From assembly GCF_009914755.1 (NCBI RefSeq), contig NC_060935.1: a stretch of DNA of 64,000 nucleotides, one strand, 5' to 3'. Below are positions 41,350 to 55,028 of the stretch, piece by piece. Origin of the DNA: the human T2T-CHM13v2.0 reference genome, Homo sapiens. The position numbers and the translations under genes were made by a program. The stretch's first letter is position 1. The number at the start of each line of letters is the position of its first letter. Under the pieces are notes generated by a model. It searched no databases and was not told the DNA's origin. It saw only the letters and a list, made by a program, of their open reading frames with translations.

Positions 41350-42700
41350 CTTCTTAAACCTTGCCAACCCAAATCGGCCTCCTTGTGTTAATGAATTCTA
41401 GTCATTGGTCCTAGTTCTACTCTCTGGAGTTACCAGATATTAGGTTAAATCTCTTCCAAAAGACAACATTTTGCATTTTTAAATTCAGCTATTATTTCTC
41501 CCCTATGTCTCTTCTACATCCCATACATCCGTGATTTTGCCAACCTCAAAGACACTCAATAAATGTCTGATGAAAGAAGGAGAGAAATGAACCACTCCTC
41601 AACCTGGCTCCATCCTCTGGGTGTGCTGCTTAGCTTTTCTTTTAAAATGATGTGCCCAGAACCAAACAGCTCTGAGATGTGACCTGACCAGCAAAGAACA
41701 TAGGGGATTGAGCCTTCCTTTAGATTTAGATACTATACTTCTCATACAGCCGAAGATTGTGTTAGCTTTTTGGCACACACGTCAAAAGCACTGACTCATA
41801 TTGAGTTTTCAGCCAGCTAAAATCCTAAGTCCACACAGGTACATTACAAAAAAAAAAAATCGTGTGCCCCTCTGTTAAGTATAGTCTTGCCCTTCTGTAT
41901 TTGTGCAATTAAAAAAAAATCTAAATTATAGTTCATCTTGTTGGCTTTAGATTATCATTCTAAATTTTCTAAATGTTTTTGAATCTTAATTTTCATCATC
42001 TATTGTTTTAACTACTCCTCTAAGATTAGAATTACTTGCAAATTTTCTGATGAAAAAATTGATCAGGATAAGATGAAGAGCAGTGCTCTATTACTAGAAA
42101 TTTCCCTCTAGGATGGCATCAGTTTATGATATTATTTAATACCCTTGGGCTAAAGACACTCGACTAGCCACAAATTACTTAAATGTACTATAATGCAGGC
42201 AACATATTCCATTCTGTCCATATGGATATTATGGCAAAAACTTGTTGGAATCCATACACAATGTAACTACAACTGCATGCTAATCAGGCAGGGCACACTC
42301 CTACTGAACCCATAATGGTTTCTAGGGTTCCCCATTGCCCTTCCCAAATGTTCACAAACATCTATTTCGTCATCTGCTTCAGAAATTTCCAGAAATAAAT
42401 GTTGGGATCAAGAACCTTTAACCATTTTTTAAAAAGGCAAGATATCTGTGCATCTCTAACCCATATGGACAAATGGCAATGTTTCTTAATGACCTTAGGT
42501 CTTTAATGTTAAATATAAATTTGTTAAGTTTCATGGGATATAATTCATCTAGGCCATGTACAGGTTTAAATGTACAAACTTTAAAATAGGTTACGTGCTC
42601 TATTATTATTTTCATTTCTATTTTGGTCGCCAATTCTACTTTAATCATGTCTGTTCAATTCTTCTTGCTAGGCCATTTTCCTTGACAAAGAAAATAGAAA
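41350..42700 (-). mobile_element. Ancient CR1/L3 LINE fragments
   Basis: gtgcccagaacc...ctgaccagc...tagctttttggc...actgactcatattgag resembles the reverse L3 RT region. Confidence 0.55.
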
Positions 42701-43869
42701 ACAGCCTAGCAAATAATAGACCCATTCATTCACTGCTGAATGAATGAATAAATGCTTTCACCATGTAATCAGTTGATACTACAGCATCTGTCCCAAACAA
42801 TTACCTACATATATTTTTTCTTGTTAGTAACATGTGACACGTGTATGTGTTTTTCACCTAAGTCTTTTCCCTTAATATTTATCTACAACCTCAGCTCCTT
42901 CTGAGTTGAAGCTTACTGGACCCTGTTCTTACTAGTTCTATTACTACTATTTTTGCATTGTTCAGTATGTGTCCCCTCTTTCTGTTTTTTAAATATGTTC
43001 ACCTAGAATCTGATCGCAGTTAACTACCCTGGTTTCATTTGATGCTGACTCTTTTTCTTCCTCATTGGAAATGGGTGTTTAATTTGTTCATTCATTTACT
43101 CAAAGCATTGGTTGAGCTTCTTGTAAATGCCCCCCGACCCCCCAGAAAAAGACTCTTAAGGTTTTGAAGGCAGAAATCTTATGTAATTCATTTTGACATC
43201 TCCTTTAGCATTTAATAGTGTCATTCACAAATAAACAATCAAATATTTACTGAATGAATCGATCCTGTTGCAAAAAATGCCTGAGTGATACCTTCAGGCG
43301 TGAATTTTAAGTTAATCTGTTCTTACAGCATGTAAAACAGTTTTTATCTCATTCTGTTACGCTCCTGTGAATTCCAGTACTCTCATCTATCTCTGCTTTC
43401 CTTTCTGTGTCAGCTGTTTTTCTCAATATCCAGTTTTAACTTTATCTGAATTTTTTTGTCAATGTCTTACTCTTCACTGGGTTGATGGTCTGCTGACAAA
43501 CACATTCTTTCTACTATTTTTGAGTTGTATTCTGTCTGTGGTCAGAAGTTCACCATGTGAATAATCATACGTCATGGCACAGAAAATTTAAAAACCTTGC
43601 CTTGGTACCAGCTACAAGGTTAGCTATTCATTCTCTGTTTTCATTTTTCTTCTAAAGAAACTTACAGATAGAAAAAAAGTTGAAAATATAATCTGGGCCT
43701 TAAGTTTTCTACTAAAAAGAATCTCAAAATTATTAGAGATACAGTACAGGCTTCTCTGGGTGCATCATTGATTTTTATATAAATCAGAGTAGATACTAAT
43801 CTATTACTTTAGTAAGCAACAGGATTTTAACCACAACCCCGATATGCCATTCAGAAAGATATTACCCCA

Positions 43870-44728
43870 TCTTTTTAGTTATGCTTCTCAATCTGCAAGG
43901 TGGAAAACTGTGTGAGTCATTCTTGATTTGTCTTTTTCTCAACCCTAATCCAATACCACATAATCATTTAAATAGTCACTAAATATAGGTGATCCTACCT
44001 CCTCAATATCTCATGAATCTATTACCCCTTTACCATCTCTATAGCAATGATCTCAGTTGAATGCCTCATCACCTTTTCTATCAATGAAACTCCTCCCTAA
44101 TTTGTCTTCCTGTTTCTAACTTTGGCCCCTTCAATTAATTAATCCTCCACAGCACTATTTAAATGATTTTTCTCAATTGCAAATTTGCTCATGTCATCAT
44201 CTGTTTATGTTTTGTAAAACTGTTTCCTATCAAATGAGTGACAAATGTTTTGTTCTTGGAATGACTCACAGGAGTCTGAATGAGCAGACTCCCTTTAAAC
44301 TCTTCACTGTTATCATCAGCCATTATTCTTGCATATCATATATTCCTTATCAATCATACTAACTTCTTTGAGTACCACAAATACACTATATTGTTTTACT
44401 GCTCTGCCTTGAATGCTCTCTCTCTCTCTCACTGTCCGCTGGCAACTCCCCACATTCTTTAAATCTCATCTCTGATGTCATCTACTATAAGCCTTCCCTG
44501 CACCTCTCATAATTGATAAATCCCTTCTCTGAATCACATATAGAGTTCTTTTCAAAGCACTGATTTTATACTACAACTCCTATTTATAAGTTTGCACCTC
44601 CAATTGGATATCACACTTCCTATGGTAGGGATTTTGGGTCTTTTTTTTTTTTTTTTGTATTTTGATCACTTAACGAAGTGCCTACCACAGAGAAAGCAAT
44701 CAATAAATATTGGTTACTAAGTGAATTC
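43870..44728 (+). mobile_element. L2 3' region
   Basis: Ends gtgcctaccacagagaaagcaatcaataaatattggttactaagtgaat. Confidence 0.7.
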
Positions 44729-45596
44729 ATACTGTATATGGGACAAACACTGGTCTTAAAGCATGGCACACAGTTCAAAATAGGTTCTGCAGAAAGCATA
44801 CATCCCAATACTTACAACAGCAAAAACATTGAGCTCTTAATTATTCATGCTTACATAGGAAGACAATTATAGATTTTAAAAAATCATGGACAATATAAAA
44901 ATCCTTTATATTTGGCATTCCATATATGTTTATATACACGTCTGACAGATTTACTTTCCTAATAATCTTTTGTTTAGGCTAATAATAAAATGAAACTGTG
45001 GGCTAATACACCAGCGATAGAGCTGATGTTGTAATGGGTATGCTAGGTAATAAGTCAGGTGGTCTAGAACTAAGAATAATCCATGAAATGGGCATTCACA
45101 CCTGGCTATGCATTCCTCTGGGAAGGGAAGAGAGCTGGAAGGCAAGGGAGTGGGTCAGCCATGCTCCTTATCTCACACTATAAATCCTGGAGGAGAGAGA
45201 CAGCTGCCAGTAGCTTATGTTTGGTCAATTTTCCTGGGAAATAGGCCCAGAGGATAGAAGAGATTGAAAGTCAAACAAAAAGCAAAGGGGGGTTATGAGG
45301 ACTATGAGTCACACTTGTATTTTGGGAAGTGCCTCTGACGGATGGAGCAGCATTGAATTGATTCCAACCCATTATTTGAAACTAGTAAGAAGAAAAGAAG
45401 AGAGGAAGGTAGCAGAATGGGGGAGGAAAGACCAAAAGCAAAGGTCAGGTTACCTTTCTAACAAATGTAGAATGAGAAAAAGACACTTGGGGTCTGTGTA
45501 TTTTTAGGATAAATAAGACTGATTGTAAAGGGAAAGCTCTAAAAATTTCTATATTTGAGTATTGTGACATGTTTAAGATTTCAATCTGAAAGTTTT

Positions 45597-45902
<306 letters not shown>

Positions 45903-47518
45903 TGAAAGTTTTCTATACACAAATCTAGTGTGCCTCTGAAGTCTTTCAAGTCAACCTTTTTTTGGCCCCATACTATGTTGCTATTGACATACTATAATCT
46001 AGTTCTGAGAAAATCAGGACTGACAGACTTTAAAAATGACACTGAAAAGCGACAGACAGGTTTGAACCTGGCTTAACCACATAAAAGTTGAACAAACTCT
46101 CTGAGCTCTGGCTTCCTTCATTATAAAATGGGCAAATTCTTGCCTTGCCTTTTTCACAAAGTTATCATCAAGATGAAATAAGAAAAATAAAAAGTATTTC
46201 TAAAAGTGCTTGTGTGTTTGCACATGTAAAAGAGAAAAAGACTACTTCAGACCTTCTGTAAAAATTCAACCAGGTTCAGCGAACTAATGATGGCAGGATC
46301 TGGAGTAAGCTTTGCATTTCATGCCTCAGTTTTCTCACTTGTAAAGCTTACTCTTCCTGGCAGGGTCAGGGAAGTAAATACTGAAACCGGTAAAGCATTT
46401 GGTACTGAGTAGTTAAGAAAATTGGGACAAGGCCTCAGGGGGTTTTGGATAATATGAAAACTCTATTTCCGAATCCTTCCTAAAACCAGACCTCCATGTA
46501 CCAACCAATAAAACTTTCACTGCAGAGACTATAGGATCCAAATGTCTCTGTCTCTTCTTTCCTTGTCCCCGTGTGAACAGCAAGCCTGGCTCATTCTCAG
46601 TCCCCAGGTAGTTATCCTGAGCCTGCCTTTCTCAGCAGCAAGGGCAAGGGCAGAGAGGTGGGGTGGGGAAGGGGGAAGGTAATTAAAATGGCCACCCATT
46701 CAGAAGAAAATTGAGTCCGTGGAGGGGAAAGGGCAGGGAGAGGGAGCAAAACCCTTAGTGCTGAAGCACCAGGAAGAAAGGCAAGACACAAAAGAGGGAA
46801 GAAGGCAGTAATTTAGTGGTCGTCTTGACAACCAGAGTCCCTATTGTTCATGGGGGCTTTACCTCACAGGGAGATCTCCCTGTTCTGCTCTGCACATAGA
46901 ACTCCCACCACAGGAAAGGAGGATGGGAAGGGAAGGGTTGCAGGAGGCAGAAGTGATAAGTAATTATGTGCTCGCAGAAGGGGCTGACCTCCAAATTTCT
47001 GCAAATATTACCGATAACAGATTTAGAGTGTGCTCAGCCATGATTTGGAAGAAAATTATTAGGGATTTATTTAAATCAGCAGACATGGGAGGACTTCAAA
47101 TTATGCTGTGAAAATGGCTACAGGAGGCTGGAAAAGACCAGCCTTGAGGAGAATAAAGAATACATATATGAGAAGCAGATGCCCAAGATAAACAAAGAGA
47201 AAAAACACTGAGAGGGGTGTAGAGGAGAAGGAAAAGTGACTATCATTAACACCATCACCTTGGTGTAGAAGAGCTACCCAAAAGTATTTCCAGTTCCCTG
47301 TCTACAGGCTGAACTGTAAAACCTTTCCAAGTAGAAGGCCATCTATCCCGTTATGAAGGACGTAGGGACACCGAAGTGGCAACTCCAGAATCTCCACAGA
47401 ATAGGAACTTTGGGAGCACTGACTATGGGTAGAAAACACAGAGGAGTAATAAATAAAACTGGAAAAACAACAAAAAGGAAACCTGGGGGAGAGAGGAGGC
47501 AGGTGTTGAGGAACTTAC

Positions 47519-47693
47519 CTTGATGCTGCATTTGCACACCAGCCTCCCTCCCAGGAAGGCTGAATCCTCTCCGAGAAATCTTTCGGGGCCAGCATTATAT
47601 TAGAGCTAAAGTATATTTCCCACCAATTTACTCAACTCCCTCCCTGCTCCAGTACCAAATAGCTCTACTTCTCCAAAGGGCACTTGGAGAAGC
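47519..47693 (-). other. SNX19: Candidate alternative/cryptic SNX19 exon in intron 8 (175 nt)
   Basis: Acceptor cttacttttgatctttacctctgtccttgcag|G and consensus donor AAG|gtaagt. Confidence 0.6.
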
Positions 47694-48348
47694 CTGCAAG
47701 GACAGAGGTAAAGATCAAAAGTAAGCAATAACATATGGTTGCTTCTCCAAAACCAAGTTAATGGGGGAGAGCCAAACGGTCTCCATCCATGGCCGAAAGC
47801 AATAGGGAATGTCCTTGATTATGTAACAGGTTGATAAGATTCCTAACATCGGGGCTATTCAGCACTGACAATCTCCATCTTAGTGAATACATAATGTATA
47901 AGATTTTAGGATCACAGGAGACCCTGAATATAGGTCCAAGTAGTTTATACATAATATTAACAAAATTCTTGCAATTCAGATGTCTAGCTGGTCTCATCAC
48001 CACAGACTCTGTTCTGCTCACTCTGTTCTGAATGAATCAGCTCCAGCACTGAATTTTTAACGGGTGGGATCCACTCAAAGGGGCAACTTCTGGTCATCCA
48101 CACCACTCAGAGAAGCAAGCATATGCTGAAGACGCATTAGAGCAGAAGGAAGAAGGGTGAAAGATCAAAGAAACAGGGCTTATCTAAAAGTCACTGGCAC
48201 TAAGGAGTAGGCAGATAAGTGGCCTCTAAACCGTAGAGCAAGCCAGGGAATGGCTTCAATATACTGTATCAACATCACGGCAGGGGACCTATAACTGCAA
48301 AACAAACAGGTCTTCCTCAAAGGACAGTGAATGGTATTGTTTAACCTG

Positions 48349-48366
48349 CAGCGCCACCTGGTGCCC
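48349..48366 (-). promoter_or_regulatory. CTCF core motif in intron 8
   Basis: GGGCACCAGGTGGCGCTG, 13/14 match to the core consensus, CpG retained. Confidence 0.6.
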
Positions 48367-51103
48367 ATAGAGAGAATTCCTGTGCTCACGCCATGCAGCT
48401 GCAGTTTGGTAGGCTTTTTGTCACCTATTTGAAACAATAAAAGCAACACACATTCAGAAAGAAGCTGGCTAAAAATATTCCAGGTTGCTTTTTATTTGAA
48501 AGTAGAATGCCCCTCCTCCTGTTTTAAAAATGTCTTAGTGTCTAGAATATTATTTAGCCTAAACCAGTCTAAATGACACCTATCTCACAAGATCTAGCTG
48601 TTATACCTTCCTCTATAAAGCCTCTCTAACATTTACCTCTAAATTATCTCTTATCCCCCCAAAGAACTTCATGCACTAGGCTATGATTTCTATTTCGACA
48701 GTAACAGGCAAAGGAAGTTAAGTGGTTTGTTCTAAGTCACATACCCTCAAAGCAAGATCTGAATTCAGATCTGACTTCAAAGTCCAAGTTCTTGCTTTCC
48801 ATGTGGAAGGAAAGAGGTGGAGAAAGTACAACAGCAGGAGATGCTTCCAGAGAGGGCAGGCTCGGTGGGGCTTCATACTGGGAGGCCCAGGTTGTGGAGG
48901 GGCGCTGCACTCTTTGGAAAGGAGAGAGCCATTAGAATGGGAGATGGCCTGAAGGGCCCCCAAACCTCTTTGCTTAGGCCGTACCATGGCTCTGGGAATC
49001 AGAATTCCCCAATTAACTGAAGATCTGGGTATGCCCTGTGTGGAGGGAATGAAAGACTCAGTTTCCATTTTGCTTCTGGTCCCCCAGCACTGTTGAGGAA
49101 ACCCTAAGATTCTTAATAGTGATAAGCAGAGGGACTGCCTCCAGTAGAATGACGTGTGATCTTCTGTGTTCATTTATTTGACACAAATTTACTAGGTGCC
49201 TTCTATGCATGGGGCTGGGTGTTGAAGATATAATGGTAAATAAGACACAGTCCCTGCCCTCAGGATGCTGACATACATTCTAAAGCTGTCATCAAAATGT
49301 CAAAATCTTAGGTTCCTGTTTTCAGTCACAGATGGGCAAGAGACACCAAGAACCTGACTTGGAAAAAAAGGCTCTGAGGTTTAAATACCTCATGATATTC
49401 TGTTTTTTGTTAACTTTTACAATGAGCAATTTTGTACCTCTATTTGAGTATATGAGACTTCAAGAGCACACACACACAGAAATGCAAATGCAATGCACAG
49501 GCACACGGCTGTCAGCTGCCATCCACCTGCTACAATCTCAAAGATATATTCCAGTAGAGACTGTCGCTATGTGACAGGAAAGGCATGATGTCTTCATCCT
49601 AAGATGGGTGTAGAATAAGTGATACCCAAGAAATATGACAGGCAGACCACTCATATGACAGGGGAAACTGCTAGGGCCCATCCCGGCCCAGTCTATAGAA
49701 GTCAAGAGCTTCCCTTTGGCATGGCCTAATGGAAGAGGCCTGGGACAAGCAGTACTCCTTCCCAGGGAGCCACAGTACAATCTGAGCAAAGCCATCAATG
49801 AGAAAAATTAATTTCAGCACCTCTAAAATCAGCCCAAGCCAATGACTGGAGAGCCAGAAAATAACCGAGAATTCTGAAGACTGAGCTTGAGTTAATTTTG
49901 TATTTGGGGGTCTTGCAAAAGTATGCGTATTTCTAGAAAAGCTGTGCATAGGAAGAGATTGGGTATAAGACATAGCCAGGCATCAGAGCTGAACGGGAAG
50001 AAAAAGTTACACAGCAAAGGAAAAAACTGTAATCTATGCTTCCTGAGAAACTCTGAGTCTTAACGTTGATAATCTTTTCCTGATTGTGAATAGCATATAA
50101 ATAGAGATAGCTAAGAGACAATCTCTGGCTCAGAAGTGCTTTAAAAATAAAATCAGAATATGCAGACAAAAATAATTTATATGCTACCATCAGATGCGTG
50201 TGTCCCTGAGACCAGCTGGATGGAAAGCAAGAGAGGCTAGATGGGAATACGGCAAGGGAACTTTCAGGTGAACCCAGTTCTAGTGGCCACTGCTTTGTGG
50301 GAAAGCTTGCATGGAGGGGAAGCATGGCAGAGCAGTGGGAAACACATGAGCTCTGAGGCCAGGATGACTTAAGTGGAATCTTAAGGTGTGGCTGTTACGA
50401 CTTTTATGATTTTGGGAACGTTATTTTACCTGAATGTAATTTTCTTCACTTATGAAATGTAGAACTATATGTCTATCTCATAGAATTGAACATTAATATA
50501 AACAGTACATAGCTGCTTTCCTGGTATTAATATTGTAATAAGCGTCAGTTCCTTTCCCATTGCAATTACTCGTGCCCTTTTGGTGGCAGACCTGGAGGTT
50601 CTCTTAAGAAATAACCAATGCCACAAAGAACTGTTATCCACCTGCTAGTTAGACATGCCCACCAAGAAAGAGGCCCTTGAAGTAGAGTTCCACTCAGAAA
50701 GCACCTTGATTCTGGAGCGTTCTAAGAGAACAGTGGAAGCAAGAGGGTTCATGGTCAACCTTTCCCAACTGTCCTTAGGGGAGGTGGACGTTGCGCCTTG
50801 CAGCACCGCACTCTCCAGTGCTCCCAGACTCTGCCGCAGCTCTCCTGACCTTTCCTAGGAGATGGTTTAGAGAGAGACATCTTCTCTAAGAAAGTGATTC
50901 CAAGGTCTGGTGTAAGGTCCAGAGCTTGCCATCAAGTTTCTCCCGGGTCCCCTGCTTGTTGGACTCCTTAAACCTGCACACCCTTTCTTTTCTTCTTCCT
51001 CTCTGGATACTTCCTAACTTTACACACTTCACGCTCCCCTCTGCCAGAACCTTTCCCCCCGGCTTTCTGCCAAGCCATTCCATTCCCACATGCCCCCAAC
51101 ACT

Positions 51104-51162
51104 CACACACACACACTCTGTCTCTATCTTACACACACACACACAGACACACACACACACAC
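51104..51162. repeat. Interrupted (CA)n microsatellite
   Basis: Seen directly. Confidence 0.9.
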
Positions 51163-52872
51163 TCCCTCTTTAACTGAGAAATCCTGACGCAGATGCCAGG
51201 AATGTGTCTGCTGCCCTTTTGACACAGGTCTGATGCCATCGTTGGGGCCATGGGGAGGGCAGCGCCGCGGACGTGGCATTCACGCATTCTGCTGCTGGCA
51301 TGGTTCCTATTTTTATTGTGGCATTGCTCTGGGTGTCCAGGCAGGGCGCCGGTCCAGCTTCTCATTCCTTCACTTTCCATCAGGACTCCACACCAATCCT
51401 ACCCCTTACCTTGGCTGGATCTTCCTGCCCCAAACCCCCTACCATCAATGCAGCACAGTGTATCTCTCCTCTTTCCCTCCAACCCAGTCTAACTCTGAGT
51501 ACTTGCCCAGTTTGCTAAATCTGATTCTGATGTTTGCAGAGATATTTTCAAGTTTCTTCTGTTTTCGGGCATGAGCAGAGTTTGCACAAGCCGGATTTGC
51601 TCCTTGGCTCAGACTGCTACCCGCTCTCCCCTTCCCCTCCCTTTGTCTCTCATTCCAAATAAGGAGTGCTTCTTGTTACATAATTGGATGTTCCCAGCAC
51701 AGAAGCTGACACATGAGGTTAGGCGCACATGCATGCAAGACTTCCCTTTGACTTAACAATGCCTTTTTTGGGCATCTAACTTCTCTTCAGCTCCCCTCCC
51801 ACTTCTCTCCACATCATCAACAATCAACGGAGATTTATAAGCCTGGCTCAGATCAGAGCTCTTCCAACTTTGGCTTAGAAGGAGGGGTTATGAGGTCGAA
51901 CTTACTCTGTTTTTTTTTTTTTCCTTTGCAGGATAGAGAGTGTGCTTATAATTTGACAGAAGTCTATGGCGTCCAAGGCAGTAATGTACACAGGTCTTTT
52001 AAAGTTGCAAGATGGGTATACAAAGTTGGAAGCAGAGGAATAAACTTGCCTGCTTGGGGATAATAATACTGGAGGTTGGAACATGAGGACATTTTAAGGA
52101 GGAGATGCACTCAAATCTGGTGACTATAGCATCCCTGATGGTCAAACTGCAGTGAGTTCTAAATAACTAGAGAAGTGGCAGTACCACGTGTGGCACCAAC
52201 ACCAACTATCCTGCTCTTTTAAGCACGGAACTTAAAGGAAGAGAACCCAAGTACCCTGCAAAAGCATATGGCTCAGCTACCCGTGGTTTCAGGGAGGACA
52301 AACATGTAGCCTCCTAGGCAGCAGTCATGGGGATGGGAGGCAACGGGACCTCATATCATGCCTCTTGTGGGAGATGCAGGGGGTACAGTGGAGAGGTGCT
52401 GCAGCTCTGGAGATGTCAAGTTTCCAGCATATTGGCTTACCAAAGCAAATAAAGCTGAAGCATGCAGCAATGCATACACCACTTTTTAAAATTAAAACCT
52501 GCAACTGTCCCAGGGATAGTAACATGGGCTGTCTTTAGACTGCAGCACTGCCCTTAGGTTAGCTGCAAGTGTGTAGATACGGAGATGCAGTTTGGATTCT
52601 ACAAACTGCCTGATAATCTCCAGTACTTGGAGACAGAGATTTTTGGGTTGGCTTTTATCCTGCTGAATTGCAGGGCAAAGATCTGATCCTGAAATTTAGA
52701 CAATCATCACAGCTATAAATCAGAAAAACCTGGGTTCAAATTCTGCTTGTGATATTTATTAACCCTGTGATTTTGACTAGATAACCCACATTCTTTGTAA
52801 ACCTTAGTTTCCTTGTCTTTAAAATGAGGGTCATAGTACCGCTTTCGCAGGACTTGGAGGAATTAAATGGTA

Positions 52873-52904
52873 TTAAGTTGGTGCAAAAGTAACTGTGGCT
52901 TTTG
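52873..52904. mobile_element. Half MADE1 (single TIR) inside a MIR (~52720-52965)
   Basis: ta-ttaagttggtgcaaaagtaactgtggcttttg. Confidence 0.75.
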
Positions 52905-53869
52905 AACAGCATGTGCATACAGTGTTCAGTACAGTATTTGCACTAAGTCAACTCTCGATAAACATTTGCTGGACAGCAAATGTGCTGATGCTGACGAGAT
53001 TATCAACGTTTACACTCTGAATGCTAAAATGTGTTAGCTCCATGTCTATAATGCACAGGGTGCTTCCAGGTATGAGACCATGGGCCACCAGTGCCAGATC
53101 TTTGGAAGCTCTAGTGGAAGAACCGGTTCTTTCTTTAGATATCATGACTTCTAGCTTCCTATCTTAAGGAGGCTTCAGGAAAACTGTGAAACCAGCTATA
53201 AGGTACTTCAGAAGAGGGCCAAAAATGTCATTAAAAAGATGGGAAAAATGATTTGTAGGGATACATGAATGGCCTCAAACAGAGAAGTATGAGATTCTTC
53301 ATTTAATTCTAGTCTGTGGAAGCTTGGGTGAGGAGACTGCTAACCAGATGTGGTCCTATTTTCATTGCAGCTAATACAAAACCAAATGGGCTAAGGATAA
53401 AGTTGTATTCTTAGATATAAGAACTTGTTGACAGGAAGGGATATGAGGTAACTGAACATGTATAAAACATCTTCACCTGGAAATATGTACAATGAACCAA
53501 AGATAACAGGCCATAGTTACAACAAGTTTTTCAAAAGTAACTAGCCGCAAAATGCTGTTCTTGCCCAATATTCACAGTGGCTTCATTCAAATTCACCAAA
53601 TATATTCAGAGTTTTCCCACTTTTCCCATCACAATAGTGATGCTTTTCCATAAAACAGAATAAGACAAAACCAAAAAACAAAAAGTCAGAATGTGAAAAG
53701 AGGAGAAAGTCTAGGGAAATTCAGCTGTAAGCCCTCTCCCTCATTTCCTTTATGGCATGAGCTACATTTGGGTTTTGCTAGTCTGCATTCACCAGACTTT
53801 ACCCAGCTCACTGGAGTTGTGGTTGTAGTTGGGGAGTGTCAGGGACAGGAATGGAAAGGTGAGGAACTT

Positions 53870-54064
53870 GCCTGGGCAACATAGTGAGACCCCATCTCAA
53901 CCAAAAAATTTAAAAAATTAGCCAAGCACGGTGGTGTGTGCCTGTAGTCCTAGCTACCTGGGAGGCTGAGGTGGGAGGATGGCTTGAGCCCAGGAGGTTA
54001 CAGTGAGCTATGATTGCAGTGCCACTGCACTCCAGCCTGGGCGACAGAATGAAATCCCATCTCA
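53870..54064 (+). mobile_element. Partial AluJ
   Basis: gcctgggcaacatagtgagacccc...cttgagcccaggagg...ctccagcctgggcgacaga. Confidence 0.85.
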
Positions 54065-54796
54065 CTGATATTTCATATATTGACATTTTATCCTCAATAT
54101 ATGAAAAATGAAAAAGAAAGAAGTCTCACAGCCTCTGCTCTGAACTCTAAAATGAGCCCTGTCTTTTCCATGTCTGCCACGCAGCTGGAGCTTGCTTCGC
54201 TCGTATTTAACTTTTCTGCCTTAGATCTCCCAGGGCCCCGGCCACATGAAAAAGTACTTCTGTGATCATTCTCTAACTCCCAGAATATAGGTATTTCTCC
54301 TTTATCTGGACTAGCCCAAACCCTTGAGCACTCTGAGTTATTCAAACTTCAGGTCAACTTTTTCCTACCCCTTTTATATAAGGATCTCAATCTTTTTTGA
54401 ATTTCTCCTAACTCATCTATACTTTTATCCTCATACTGAATAATTTCTCGTGTTCTGAAACCAATCTGTCATGTAAATGACCTCAAGGAGAAGGGGTCAT
54501 ATTAGATCACACACTAGCTAGTTTTGGGATCTTCTCATTTTGTTTTTTTAAACCACTTAGAAGATTAGCAAAGGGAAGTCCAAAAAAAGAAGAAGAGAAA
54601 TGAAGGCCTAATTAGTGACATCCAGAGGTGACAGAATAAAACTAAAGAGACTATACTTTCAAGTGTAAAGGTACTGGGAAGGGAAATGTTTATTTCTTTA
54701 TTCAATATTTAATGAGTACCTACTATGTCCAGGCCCTGTATAAGCTGCTGGGGAGACAAAGCTAGTTCCGGTCCTTAAAGAACTAATAGTCTACAC

Positions 54797-55028
54797 AGCA
54801 TTTCTCAAGCTTGGTAACACTGATATTTTGGGCAGGATAATTCACGTTGTTTGGCATGGTGGACTGTCCTGTGTAGCTGCAGGATGTTTAGCAGCATCCT
54901 TGGCCTACATCCACTAGATGCCAGTAGGCATCCCACATCTCCTTCCCAGTTGTGACAACAAAAAATATCTCCAGATAATGGCAAGTGTCCCCTGGGGGAC
55001 AAAAGTGTACCCCAGTTGACAACCACTA
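54797..55028 (+). mobile_element. MER20 nested in a minus-strand L2 (~54690-55760)
   Basis: cagcatttctcaa...cccagttgtgacaac...ccagttgacaaccact. Confidence 0.8.

Noticed and set aside
46724-46744. G4 motif ggggaaagggcagggagaggg
   Set aside because: Template strand, deep intronic, purine-rich background; such motifs are common
48755-48772. 18-bp perfect palindrome agatctgaattcagatct
   Set aside because: It lies in a MIR-like stretch, and 9-bp arms are near chance expectation for 64 kb
51258-51280. REST/RE1-like motif (cagcgccgcggacg)
   Set aside because: The right half-site diverges from GGACAGCGCC
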